DNA of 60,545 bases, filler included, from Sphacelaria rigidula (lineage: Eukaryota): the NCBI GenBank assembly GCA_964200075.2. It is 8 parts of 8 records of this genome, joined end to end, with 100 filler letters (N's around TTAATTAATTAA, not from the genome) between each part and the next. Parts side by side here need not be neighbours in the genome. Positions count along the whole stretch, not along the records: positions 45,486 to 52,965 come from CAXNAA020014725.1; positions 53,066 to 60,545 come from CAXNAA020014726.1; 6 more parts are not named here. One strand, written 5' to 3'. Under the pieces are notes generated by a model, which was not told the origin of the DNA, made no database searches, and saw nothing but the letters and a program-made list of their open reading frames with translations. A program made the translations under genes and the position numbers. This document shows positions 50,732-60,545 of the stretch, piece by piece; position 1 is the stretch's first letter, and every line of letters begins with the position of its first letter.

Positions 50732-51097
50732 CTACTGGTGTGTGTATTTTGCCACGTACTTTTTTACGGACATTTCGTCTCGGTGCCATGCTTGCGTGTG
50801 CGCGTGTTTGAGTTTGGTTATCCCATTTTTTGTTCTCATTGGAGCTTAATGATTTTTCTATTATTTTCCGACAGGAATAACCCGAACGAGTGCCAGTACC
50901 AGTGTTAGAGCATTATGAATCATTCCGCATCATGGGTTTTCGAGAGAAATATGCACACACGCGGGGGCTTGGACTCGTCGACATCTGTGCGATTCCTTCT
51001 TACGGAGTACTGTTCGAGTGTACGTGGGCATTGATACCACACTCAAATACGAACAAACGCACACGCACACGCACTCGGCACCGTACTGTCGACATAC

Positions 51098-51376
51098 CTG
51101 GGGAGTCATGGCGTCATCTGTCAAACGATTGCTTAGTACTCGTGAACGGCGCCTGTCGTTAAAACATCCAATCGCTGCTTCATCGGTGGCCTGGCCCACG
51201 GCGTCCGAGTTACCAGTGACGTCAACGGTTAGCCCCACCGACAAGCCGACGACAACTGCGGAGGCAGCGAGGAGAGCACCAAGTCCGCACAGGTGGCGCT
51301 TCTTCAGCCTGCCGCAGCAAGCCCTACTTTGGTCATCATCGCCCCAAATGTGACGATCGGTCCCCTGGGAGGCCAT
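51098..51376 (-). CDS. ManC5-E: WSC-domain mannuronan C-5 epimerase, exon 1 (cytosolic tail, TM helix, start of WSC)
   Basis: MASQG…RLKKRH-LCGLGALLAASAVVVGLSVGLTV…IGCFNDRRRSRVLSNRLTDDAMTPQ|GTATGT. Confidence 0.85.
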
Positions 51377-53438
51377 CACTTCTCAAAGTGGAGATTAACG
51401 ATACTCGCTTCTGGATTGTGTGGCTGCTGTAGATAGTGAGGCGGGCCAGGTGTTGACGGGGGAGAACAAGGATTAACCGGGGCGAATGCGGAGCACGTAC
51501 GTTATTCGATACATCTCAAACTCTAGGTTCCCGATATGTCTTACAGTTGTGCCCGTGACCGAATACGCTACCGACCAAAAAATCCGTGGGCAACAACATA
51601 ATATAGACTCGTGCGACCTGTGCCGAACCTCTGCTTAACAGAACACACTCTCCATCCCAAATTGTCAAGCTTTAGTATGCGACAGCTTGAATATTTTTAT
51701 CGCCTTGTTTTCGACACAGGACGCAAACCGGTTTTGTTCCCCTTCACCCCCGCACAGACACTAATGACCCACGAGCTGGGCCAGTCTAGAGGCGGATTTG
51801 AATATTTAGATTTGAGCGTAAAATTTAGTATGGACAATGCATAGGGCATAATTTTGTTTTACAGAAGCACCACAAGTGTTTTTGGTGAGTTGATGGCTTT
51901 ATACCGATTTTGGCCAGAGCATTCGCCCGCTAAAAACCAGGTTGGTAGACAGTCGGAACAGTATTTTGCAGGCCACTCACCGGCCCACGTTTGGTTTTTG
52001 TGTATTGAAATTTTGTGCGGGCCCTCTCAAGAATATAATTAACAAAACTCAGTGGGTCAGGTTGTTTTTTTTATTTTCTTCACTGGTTCATGGCGTTCTA
52101 GTATGGTGAAGACCATTTCTTTACAAGAACGCCCCGACATGGGGTTCAATCAACGAGAAAATATCGGCCGAGATTTTTGAGCAGATGGGCATCTTCCTCT
52201 TGGTAAGACGATTAACCCTTTTGGGACGGGACCCCCACTAACACAGGGTTGACCCTGTTTTAGTGAAAAAAAAAATATATATATATCTTCGAGCGACCTG
52301 CTCAATCACGGCGAGGCGAAAATTATCGACACAGACCCGAACGATCAGCGCGGGCATTGTTGTCGAGTGTAATGTAACTGTAAATATCGTGTGGGGGCCC
52401 TATCCCTGGCCCAGATAAGCCTCCCCAGGTTTTTAAGTGCAGAGTGGTCGCAGCTTGGTTTTATGGTATTACTTGCTCTCAGTATACCGTTCCCGAGTTT
52501 TTCGGGAGTGTTTCTTGGGTCCCAATTCTGTACTAAAACGTAGTAATTTACAATAACAAAGGGTGGACCGGAAAAAAACGGGGAGGAGTGTACATGCCAC
52601 CATATGGTCATTTTCAGGGGTACAAAATCTAGGTGGACTGTGGAAAGACAAAAGGAGCTACCGTAATGAATTCTGCGTATCCCTCTGCCGATGACTTGCA
52701 GTGTGCAGTCCAAATATATGTAGTGGACGGGGATGATGAAGCTGTTAATAGGCAGCTCATTTCGGTAGCTGAGAATTGCCGAGAACGTGCAAGGGTGTAT
52801 GCAGCGGCAGCTGCTGCTGCTTCAGTCGGAGAGGCGTACTATACTGCTGTATGCATGCGCGCCGCAACGCTGGTGCCCTTGCAACAAGTGGCGAAATGGC
52901 GGCCCACCCCGACCACAAAGGGCTGTGTGGCAAGGTGATGTGGACAAAAGTATCATAAAAAGCAANNNNNNNNNNNNNNNNNNNNNNNNNNNNNNNNNNN
53001 NNNNNNNNNTTAATTAATTAANNNNNNNNNNNNNNNNNNNNNNNNNNNNNNNNNNNNNNNNNNNNCGGATACGTGAGGAGTCACACTGTTTTTGAACGGG
53101 TGATTCATGAGGTTTTCCCTACCCACCCCCCACAAGCTGGGTTGGGGGCGGGAGTGCATAATGTGACAAAATTCGAAAGCAACTGCACAAAAAAAGGGGT
53201 ATGGGTCCAGAAAACATTTTTTTTGTGCGCCCTTGCGCAACACTGAAAAACACACCAGGATGCCCCTACAGTACTGCTTTCCGACCATGATCGTTCCACC
53301 TTAGACCCGCTTTCGTGCCTTCATGGACGATACCAGCTCGAATCACGATGACACGCCGTTTCACGTAGAGCAGCACGATTGTAGTACAGTACGTGGTATA
53401 GTACACGGGGATTTCCTGTTTCGGTTCCTTGGGCTTAC

Positions 53439-53630
53439 CCTGGTCAGGTCACCAACACATCCATCAGGATCGCATCCTCCGTCAATACCCAGGTTCCCAT
53501 CATATATCGGCGCTGATACGGCGACATCCGTCACAGCTCCAGCATCAACTATTGTCCCATCACAGGGACGAACAATAGCTGCAGCGAGTGGTAGTAGGCT
53601 AGCCAGCCGTGATGCGATGGGCCTTCTCAT
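53439..53630 (-). CDS. First exon of a secreted Cys-rich protein (…YDGNLGIDGGCDPDGCVGDLTR), probably a brown-algal discoidin/F5-8C-like family
   Basis: Signal peptide MRRPIASRLASLLPLAAAIVRPCDG and AGG|GTAAGC donor. Downstream exons are not seen before the contig end. Family assignment is from memory of the GCxPxGCxxxLTR motif. Confidence 0.65.
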
Positions 53631-54499
53631 GCTGCTTTTGTTAGTGGTACGGGTTGCACTACGTCGCCGCGTCCTGCCCGCGTATAGGGTAGTACGCTGT
53701 CTGTGCTGTATCCGCTTCACCTCTGGATGACAGCGATTGTTTGCCGAGAAGAGCAGCTGCAGATGTTTCTTTGTGCTGATCAAGCCTACCGGGTGTTGAT
53801 TACAGAAGCGCAGTCGGCGCAGCTACCATCATCATGCACCGCGTGTGCATGGCATGTACGGGTCTCGTACAGATATTAGTATCACTGGTGACAGTTCGAA
53901 GATAGACCGCACCAAGCTTATATACCACAAGAAATTCTCAAGATCATTTCGATCTCCCAGGAAAGATTACTGAATTCTGTTGTGTTTATGGCGTTTGCAC
54001 TTTGAAGCAATGCCTCAAGTTGCGGGGTAATTCAGTTGCTTGTTTCTTGGGTCCAAAACGCGTGGTCTGAACTCCTCTACTGTATACTCGTATTCGCTCA
54101 GGCTGGTTCACGCATATCGCCCAAAACTCATTAGTCAGCAAATGCCTTCCGCACGACCTACCACAATAGTCGCATACAAGGTATCTAGTGACCGCAATGA
54201 ACGAAAGATGAGGGAGAGAGCCGGATGGCCGAATCGGTGATACCAGGTGCTGACGGCGAAAAGGTATCTCAACCAATCAGCGCCCCCCAACTTGGTCTGA
54301 AACAGAAAACACTAACCCTGACAAACCCTGAACCCAATCTGTGCGTACCTATCCTTCAAATTCCTCACATCGTAGTAATCGTCATCAGCTCGGCAATCAA
54401 TCTAAGGGGGAACCACCTCATTTTATGAACGGTTACTATGAGGTCAACCTCTTTACCAGTTACACTGTATCACCCTAAAACATGGTACGGTATTTAAAA

Positions 54500-54684
54500 C
54501 CCTTAGACCGCGGGGTTAGTCTACTGTTGAATCGGCATCAACTACAAGTGAAAAAAGTATGCATAATCCAGAAAGACTAATCTCGCGGTCTAAGGGTTGC
54601 GAGATTAGTCTTTCTGGATCATGCATACTTTTTCACTTGTAATTGATGCTGGTTCAACGGAAGACTAACCTCGCGGTCTAAGGG
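54500..54684. mobile_element. piggyBac-like MITE forming an inverted dimer
   Basis: CCCTTAGACCGCG … CGCGGTCTAAGGG|TTAA with a third internal terminus at ~54585-54598; ~90-bp complementary arms. Confidence 0.8.
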
Positions 54685-54685
54685 T

Positions 54686-55146
54686 TAACACGGGATTTCA
54701 AGAATTGGGGATGTATGTTTTATTGGGGATGAACACCCACCCGGAGAATTATAATCTTCGTATCCACACCAAATCTTCGAATTATGCTTCCATTTCTTCA
54801 CTTGCTGGTAGCTATTGACAACTTAGAACTACTGCACGCCATACAAGTACAACTTTGGATTTCGATGACCGAAATATCGGGGTCCTAGGTAAAAGAGCAA
54901 TTCTGGCGTCCAATCGGACAACTAAATTCCCCCAAAATTGCCTTTCACCGAGGACCCCGACATTATTATTTCGGTTATCGAAATCCAAATTTGTATGGCG
55001 TGTAGTAGTTGTTGTCAATATTTACCAGCAAGTAAGTGAAGAAATGGAAGCGTACTTTGAAGATTTGGCGTGGATACGAAGGTTTTAATTGTCCCGGTAT
55101 TCATCCCCAGTGGACCATCCATCCCCAATTTGGAAAATCCCGTGTT
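54686..55146. mobile_element. Foldback element (~460 bp)
   Basis: taacacgggatt…cttcgtatccac(a/g)ccaaatcttc…gcttccatttcttcactt arms matched by reverse complements out to atcccgtgtta. Confidence 0.85.
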
Positions 55147-55553
55147 ATTTCGGTGATGCAGGGGTTTTTGGCGTCGTCGGGTTTCCATGACGGTTTCTCT
55201 TGCATCCGTCGGAGAAACTCAGATCGCCCTTGAAGTTGGCAAGTCTGTAGGTACTGGTGATTCAAATGGGGAAATAAATGTATTGATGACAATATTTCAC
55301 AGTGTCCCAGCCCTTTACCCGGCCTCCCGGGGTCCCAGCTTGACGACCCCCGGAATGTGGTGCAGAATGCCTCAGAAAAAAATAATGAAACCATCCGTCT
55401 CGGGGTAGTCCAAGGAACATATATTATGCCAACTTTGATCCCGAAACTCGAAAACCTCGTAAAGTTTTCCGCGCATCACGTTGAATATAGCCGGAAAAGA
55501 CGGTTTCGTACTACTGAAACCAAGTAGTTAGAAGTTTCGTCGTTTAGCCGGAC

Positions 55554-55736
55554 GCCCCGGGTAGCTCAGTCGGTTACCTCGAAACTTTCCGACGACGGGG
55601 TCGTCGTGGGTTCGAATCTCGGTGCAGCCGCGATCTGAGATTTTTTCTCACACAATTCCATACAGTGGAGAGCGACTATATCGTGGGTACACAAAATTCG
55701 AGATAACAGTCGACGAGGGAAAGGGACTCCTGAATA
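55554..55736 (+). mobile_element. tRNA-derived SINE, uninterrupted copy
   Basis: A box tagctcagtcgg, B box ggttcgaatc and a non-tRNA body acagtggagagc…tcgtgggtacacaa…gtcgacgaggga. Confidence 0.8.
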
Positions 55737-57689
55737 CAGTAGTTCCTTTACCTGCAAGGCGTACAAGTACGCCCCAATGGCATATCGACTACTAGCACGG
55801 GTATATTCCGTGGTTTTTAAACCCTGATTTATGCTGCTATCAGCGTTCCTCAGACGACACTGACACCCCGAAGTCAATATAGTACCGCATCACCCACGCA
55901 GCTCGCACCAGGCAACGGAAGCAACAGAGCATACAGGGTACTGAGCAGAACGACGGATGAAATCCAGCACTTGAGATACCGCAAGTGCACCACTCTTCGG
56001 CAACCCTTTGCTTCCCGAAACTTGAAATATTGACCCCCGCCGCGAAGGGCGATCGAAATAGTTCAGTACACAAGCTTGACGCTTCATACACGCATACTCT
56101 CCAGCTCCTCGCACAAACGTTACGATGTGGCTTCACCAGCTCGCTGCATGAGGCTGCACAAGGCTGCAGTTTCAATCTCATTGGTTCGTTTCACCAATGT
56201 CGTCACAGGCACTTCCACAGGCAGCCCTGTCTCCGGGGCCCAGAAATCGATAATCGTGATTGCTTGAGCATACAGCAACGATTCACACAGAACATTCGCA
56301 GAGGGCATCCATCACCGTTGGCTTGCAACGCTATTCTTACCCGCGCTGGTACTACTGCATACTGCAGTATGTATATGTTCTTCCCGCAGTATTTTGTACG
56401 AAGCGCTCGTACAGGACATGCATGCAGTTTAACTTGGGACAGGTACACAGATCCCAAGTTGTTCTGATTCTGCGTACACTACATGCTGGTTCCGCCACCC
56501 CTTGTCTACGCTCTTCTTGCGTGTCTTCGCAATAAACTAGTGTTCGATTGAAAATATGCGGTAGGAAAAAATCTTCTCGATCTGACAGGTCGTTTATTCC
56601 CACGTCATTGATGTTGGCATGACGAACTATCAGATAGGGATTTTTCTTTTCCACCGCACTGTTTCGATCAGACAATAAGTTACGAAGACACGCACTCCTC
56701 CTCATAGAAACCGTAAATCAAACCGTATATGTGTCACGGGGTCCGCCTGTGCAGGGGAGCACCACGAGCATGTTGATTCTCCCGTGCGGACTGAAGCCCA
56801 ACCGCACGGTATCCTCCCATATATACAGTACGCCGATGACACCAAAGTAACACCCATTGAATTCAATCAACGTCCGCTGTATCCATTCATTTTATGCCAA
56901 TCAATGTCCAGTGAAGTCATCGCCTGAGCCCAAAACATCCGCAGGAATCGGTTTAGCACTTGAGGTCGCCGAAGACGCAACGGGAGAGAGCAGCACGACC
57001 TTCCTCGCATACCTTCACTTGGAGCAACCAATCAAAGCAACGGCGGACACGGATGGGTACGGCTGTGTGATATAACGCGGCCGAACATATCTGGAGTCCC
57101 CTCGCGTAAGTTTGCGGGGTAGATGGTGTGAATTTTGCGGCGGCACCACTTGAGAAAGGAAACAGAGTGACCACTCATGACTAAATTATAGTGTGCAGGT
57201 GCCTGCCAAAGGTGATCGGAACAGCAATAGTCCATTCAACCGAAAACTAGTAAAAAATTCTTCCGCAACACGTTTTACGATAGTCGACGGCTTCACGAAA
57301 GCTGATATCATACCCGAGAATAAAGTGCAAGGCATGTTTCCGGGCAGAGACTGTTTATTCTCCTGAGGCTGCGGACTCGCCTCGAGGAGACGACGGTCAA
57401 GTGCGTAATAATAGCAAAACAGTAGAGAGACCCCACCCCCAGTAGTCCCTGGTCAACCTATAGTGTGCCTATTATAGCATTAGCGATGATATCGTCAACA
57501 CCCGGCAACATCAACGACACCAATCCCAATTACCCAAACACACACAACTTCAACCTATACAAATCGCCGCACTGTGGGGTTCCTCACAATCACCAGTGCT
57601 GCGCGCAAGTCCCTCCCCCACCCCTGCCCCCCCCAAAATATCAAGAGGATGTGCTGTCCATTACTCAAAGCCCAAACAAGCGACGGCAT

Positions 57690-57874
57690 GCTTGATACCT
57701 GTCCACGCTGTCGAACAAAAACCACGCGCGACCCCCCTCCCCGCGCCTGGAAGCACAATCACCTCCACCTGTGCCACCATCGGACCCGGGATACTTCGCC
57801 GCCGCTTCACTGCGGAACCACACCAGCTTAGTCTCAAGCAGCAGGCTGTCGCCATCAATGAACACTACGTGCAT
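57690..57874 (-). CDS. Orphan exon candidate (MHVVFIDGDSLLLETKLVWFRSE…FLFDSVDR)
   Basis: ctcctcag acceptor and GTATCA donor near 57698; open frame. Family not recognised and boundary approximate. Confidence 0.35.
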
Positions 57875-60089
57875 CTGAGGAGATCAACGGCACGGACGCG
57901 GGGGAGAGGGAATGCTACGTGAAGGCCCCTGCACTGAGAGATCGACTTCCCCTTATACCCCTTCGGAGCACTATCAAATCGATGGTCAGGGTTGGGTACA
58001 GATACGGGTGCCGGTGTTTCGGGGCAGCTACTAGCTTATTCGGTACTTTGAAAAGTCGATACCCTATCTACAATGAAATACTCCATATTTATAAAAGTCA
58101 ATGCTCTAGGTACCCTGTATACTCAGCATACTCGACAGTCGACACCCGGGGTACCCTGAAACACTCAGTATGTTCCGTGGTCCATAGCCTACGCCTGCAT
58201 CCTGAAATACGCAGTATTCTCGGCAGTGATCATATTGGATACCGTGGAATACATCAATATCTACCTCAGCGATCTCATCTCTCTAGCATTGCTCTTGGTG
58301 TTGTTTCTCTGTCTTAACTCCTTCTTTCTTTTTTTATCACATTTTGGAGTTTGCTACAGCGAAGGCTTCCGTTTATTTCCCCTGAGGTACGCTTTCTTGT
58401 GACTGCGGCTGTATTCGTAGCTGTTTAGTTGGTGAATTACGATAATCTATCAACTCATCAACCGATCCACCGATTCCACTCGAACATCACATCGCCCAGC
58501 TTAATAACTGGGAACCTTGGATAGGAATACTGTAGCTAGCATAAGAAACCACCACCCCACGTATGCACAGTTCAATGGTGACATCCACACTCCGTTCAAC
58601 CCCGTGAAATGGGAAATACTCAAATTCGGGGCAAGGAACACGTTCCCGAAGGCACTGGGATTCGAATAGGCTGGACGCGTCGCGTTTCCATATGGCAGGT
58701 TTAGAGATAACTAGGATAGGGTACAATACGAATACACGGTAAACATATTCTAGATACCCCGGAAGACCGGAATTTTCAGCAGCCGATTCCCCAGATGCAC
58801 TGCGGTACTGGGTACTCCAATACCCTGGAAGCCCAGGGTACCTGGGGTACGTTACGTACCCCAGCCGTCTTTGGACACTTCCCATAAAATCTACTGGAAC
58901 TAACCTAATCATCATCGTACCCCATTCTTACCCGCCTCCCAACGTGTAACCCTTCAACAGCAATATTTCGTCCTCTCGAGGACGCACAATCAAGAGACCC
59001 CATCAACTCGTCAAGGCAGAAAAACACGACTTCCCCTTTTCTCGTCTGCCTTTAAGCCCACCTCTCCATCGCCCTCTCCACTGTTCACCCCCGTGCCCTG
59101 CTCGTCTGCTCCGCCCGAGCCATGACCACCAACCTCACTACCGACTTCACCCTCCTGCCGCCAACGACATTCTTCTCCTTTCACCTCCTCTCCGGTGGAC
59201 TCCGTGAGATGTATGTGCACAAAATTTGGCCATAAGTACGGATAATCCACCTTGGCGCCGCCGACCTCAGCTAGATGCTTTAAGATTATGGCGCTGACCT
59301 GAATCCGTCAACAGCACGGAGGGCGGACACGTCTGCAGTTGGACAAACAGCTGAACCTGTCGTCAGCATGCATCTCCCATCTGAGCACTGCGCACCCGCG
59401 GATGATGATCATCAACTTTGTCTGCATTTTTGCTGCTGTACTTCGACCCCCGCACACTCCATCTCGGAGACGAGGCCATAGGATCAAGGGAAAACCTCAT
59501 CTCTCTTGCGATACTTAACCTGCACGTTGCTATCGAGCATCGGATCATTTTGTTCCCCCGTCGCCCGCTGCCTTCCCTCGAATATTGCTGCCAAATGTCG
59601 TCCTCACGCTTTCTGGAGTTCAGAACCCAAAAGAAAAAATCACCAACTGAATCGAAATTCGAACGCATCCAATGAATTCAAATCTACTGTTGGTCTACCA
59701 GTTTGACCACCGGGGAAACGACATCCTATTCACACACAGTATTTGCTTGCAGTGCCAGCAGCTCCTGTGGCCACACGGTTGTGTAGTCTCGAGGGCAACA
59801 CACACTGCAGGGGATTAGATGTGAGGCACACACTATCCTACGTTCGCCACATTCCCCGACGTGTCGGGTTGCAGCTCGTCAAGAACGTGCTAGCGCAGGA
59901 CATAAAATCAAGTGTAGTTGCACGCCGAGAAGCCGATTTCCTTCACGTTGTACGCGCTTCATCGATCTGCCACAATGTAGGATGTTGGAAAATGTGACTG
60001 ACGGTATGCGCATTCATCCATCTCGTGCAGCAGGATCCACCTGTGCGGCGTGGATCCATCTGGCCCAGCCCTGTACTCGAACACCTCAC

Positions 60090-60242
60090 CTCGACGAAGT
60101 GGTTCTGGATCTCCGCATGAGTTCGGGTGGGCTTGAAGGTTGCCCACTTGAGAAGCTCGACGCCAAGCTTAATCGCAGAGTCTTCGAGCGACGTCGTGTG
60201 ACGGTAGGCTGCGTCTAGGTTTTGGAAGGCCTGAAGCTTCAT
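60090..60242 (-). CDS. Orphan exon candidate (MKLQAFQNLDAAYRHTTSLEDSAIKLGVELLKWATFKPTRTHAEIQNHFVE)
   Basis: catag acceptor, GAG|GTGAGG donor, 51 codons with C/G-ending bias. Confidence 0.55.
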
Positions 60243-60545
60243 CTATGTGTCCACGTGTATGGGCGCGGTAGGAGAGGAAAAACGAAGACATAGTCACGAG
60301 CGATCAAGGTGTCGTCTCTCTCTCCCCCCCCAGCCTGGTCCGGCGAGAACCCGGCGTGCTCCTTCCCGGCTTTGTAGGGGATGGAGTGGGCGTCGGTTAG
60401 GGATGATGCTACAAAACACGCCACTCACTGCGTAAGCTAGGCAACCAGGTTACCATTTTGTTTTGCGCGCTTGAGTTTTTTTTGCGGGAACCGTGATGGT
60501 AGTCGAGCTAGATCATGTTGTGCGGCGTGGGAGAACCTCAACTCC

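Overview
Eukaryotic, intron-rich, repeat-rich DNA, very probably from a brown alga (Phaeophyceae), because it carries a WSC-domain mannuronan C-5 epimerase gene. The window is not one locus. It is eight contigs of near-identical, descending length (7482, 7481, 7481, 7481, 7480, 7480, 7480 and 7480 nt) joined by 100-nt N/TTAATTAATTAA/N spacers, so neighbourhoods across spacers carry no meaning. Recognisable genes, all on the minus strand: a 6-exon LRRC56/ODA8-like gene (37157-~31372), the last exon of Raptor (45120-44953), a membrane-anchored WSC + mannuronan C-5 epimerase gene (7 exons visible, 51376-45486, cut by the contig end) and the first exon of a secreted Cys-rich protein (53630-53439). 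Several orphan exons of unknown genes are also present. The rest is transposon-derived: long foldback MITEs (Harbinger-, piggyBac-, hAT- and pogo-like), a tRNA-derived SINE family, a family of short elements with telomere-like repeats and hairpins, satellites and a degenerate gag-like element. I found no CRISPR, rRNA, intact tRNA or prokaryotic system, and no convincing new multi-gene system. The most original signals are a cryptic shortened copy of a WSC exon at the start of epimerase intron 1, and several conserved non-coding element families. All family assignments come from motif recognition by eye, not from database searches.
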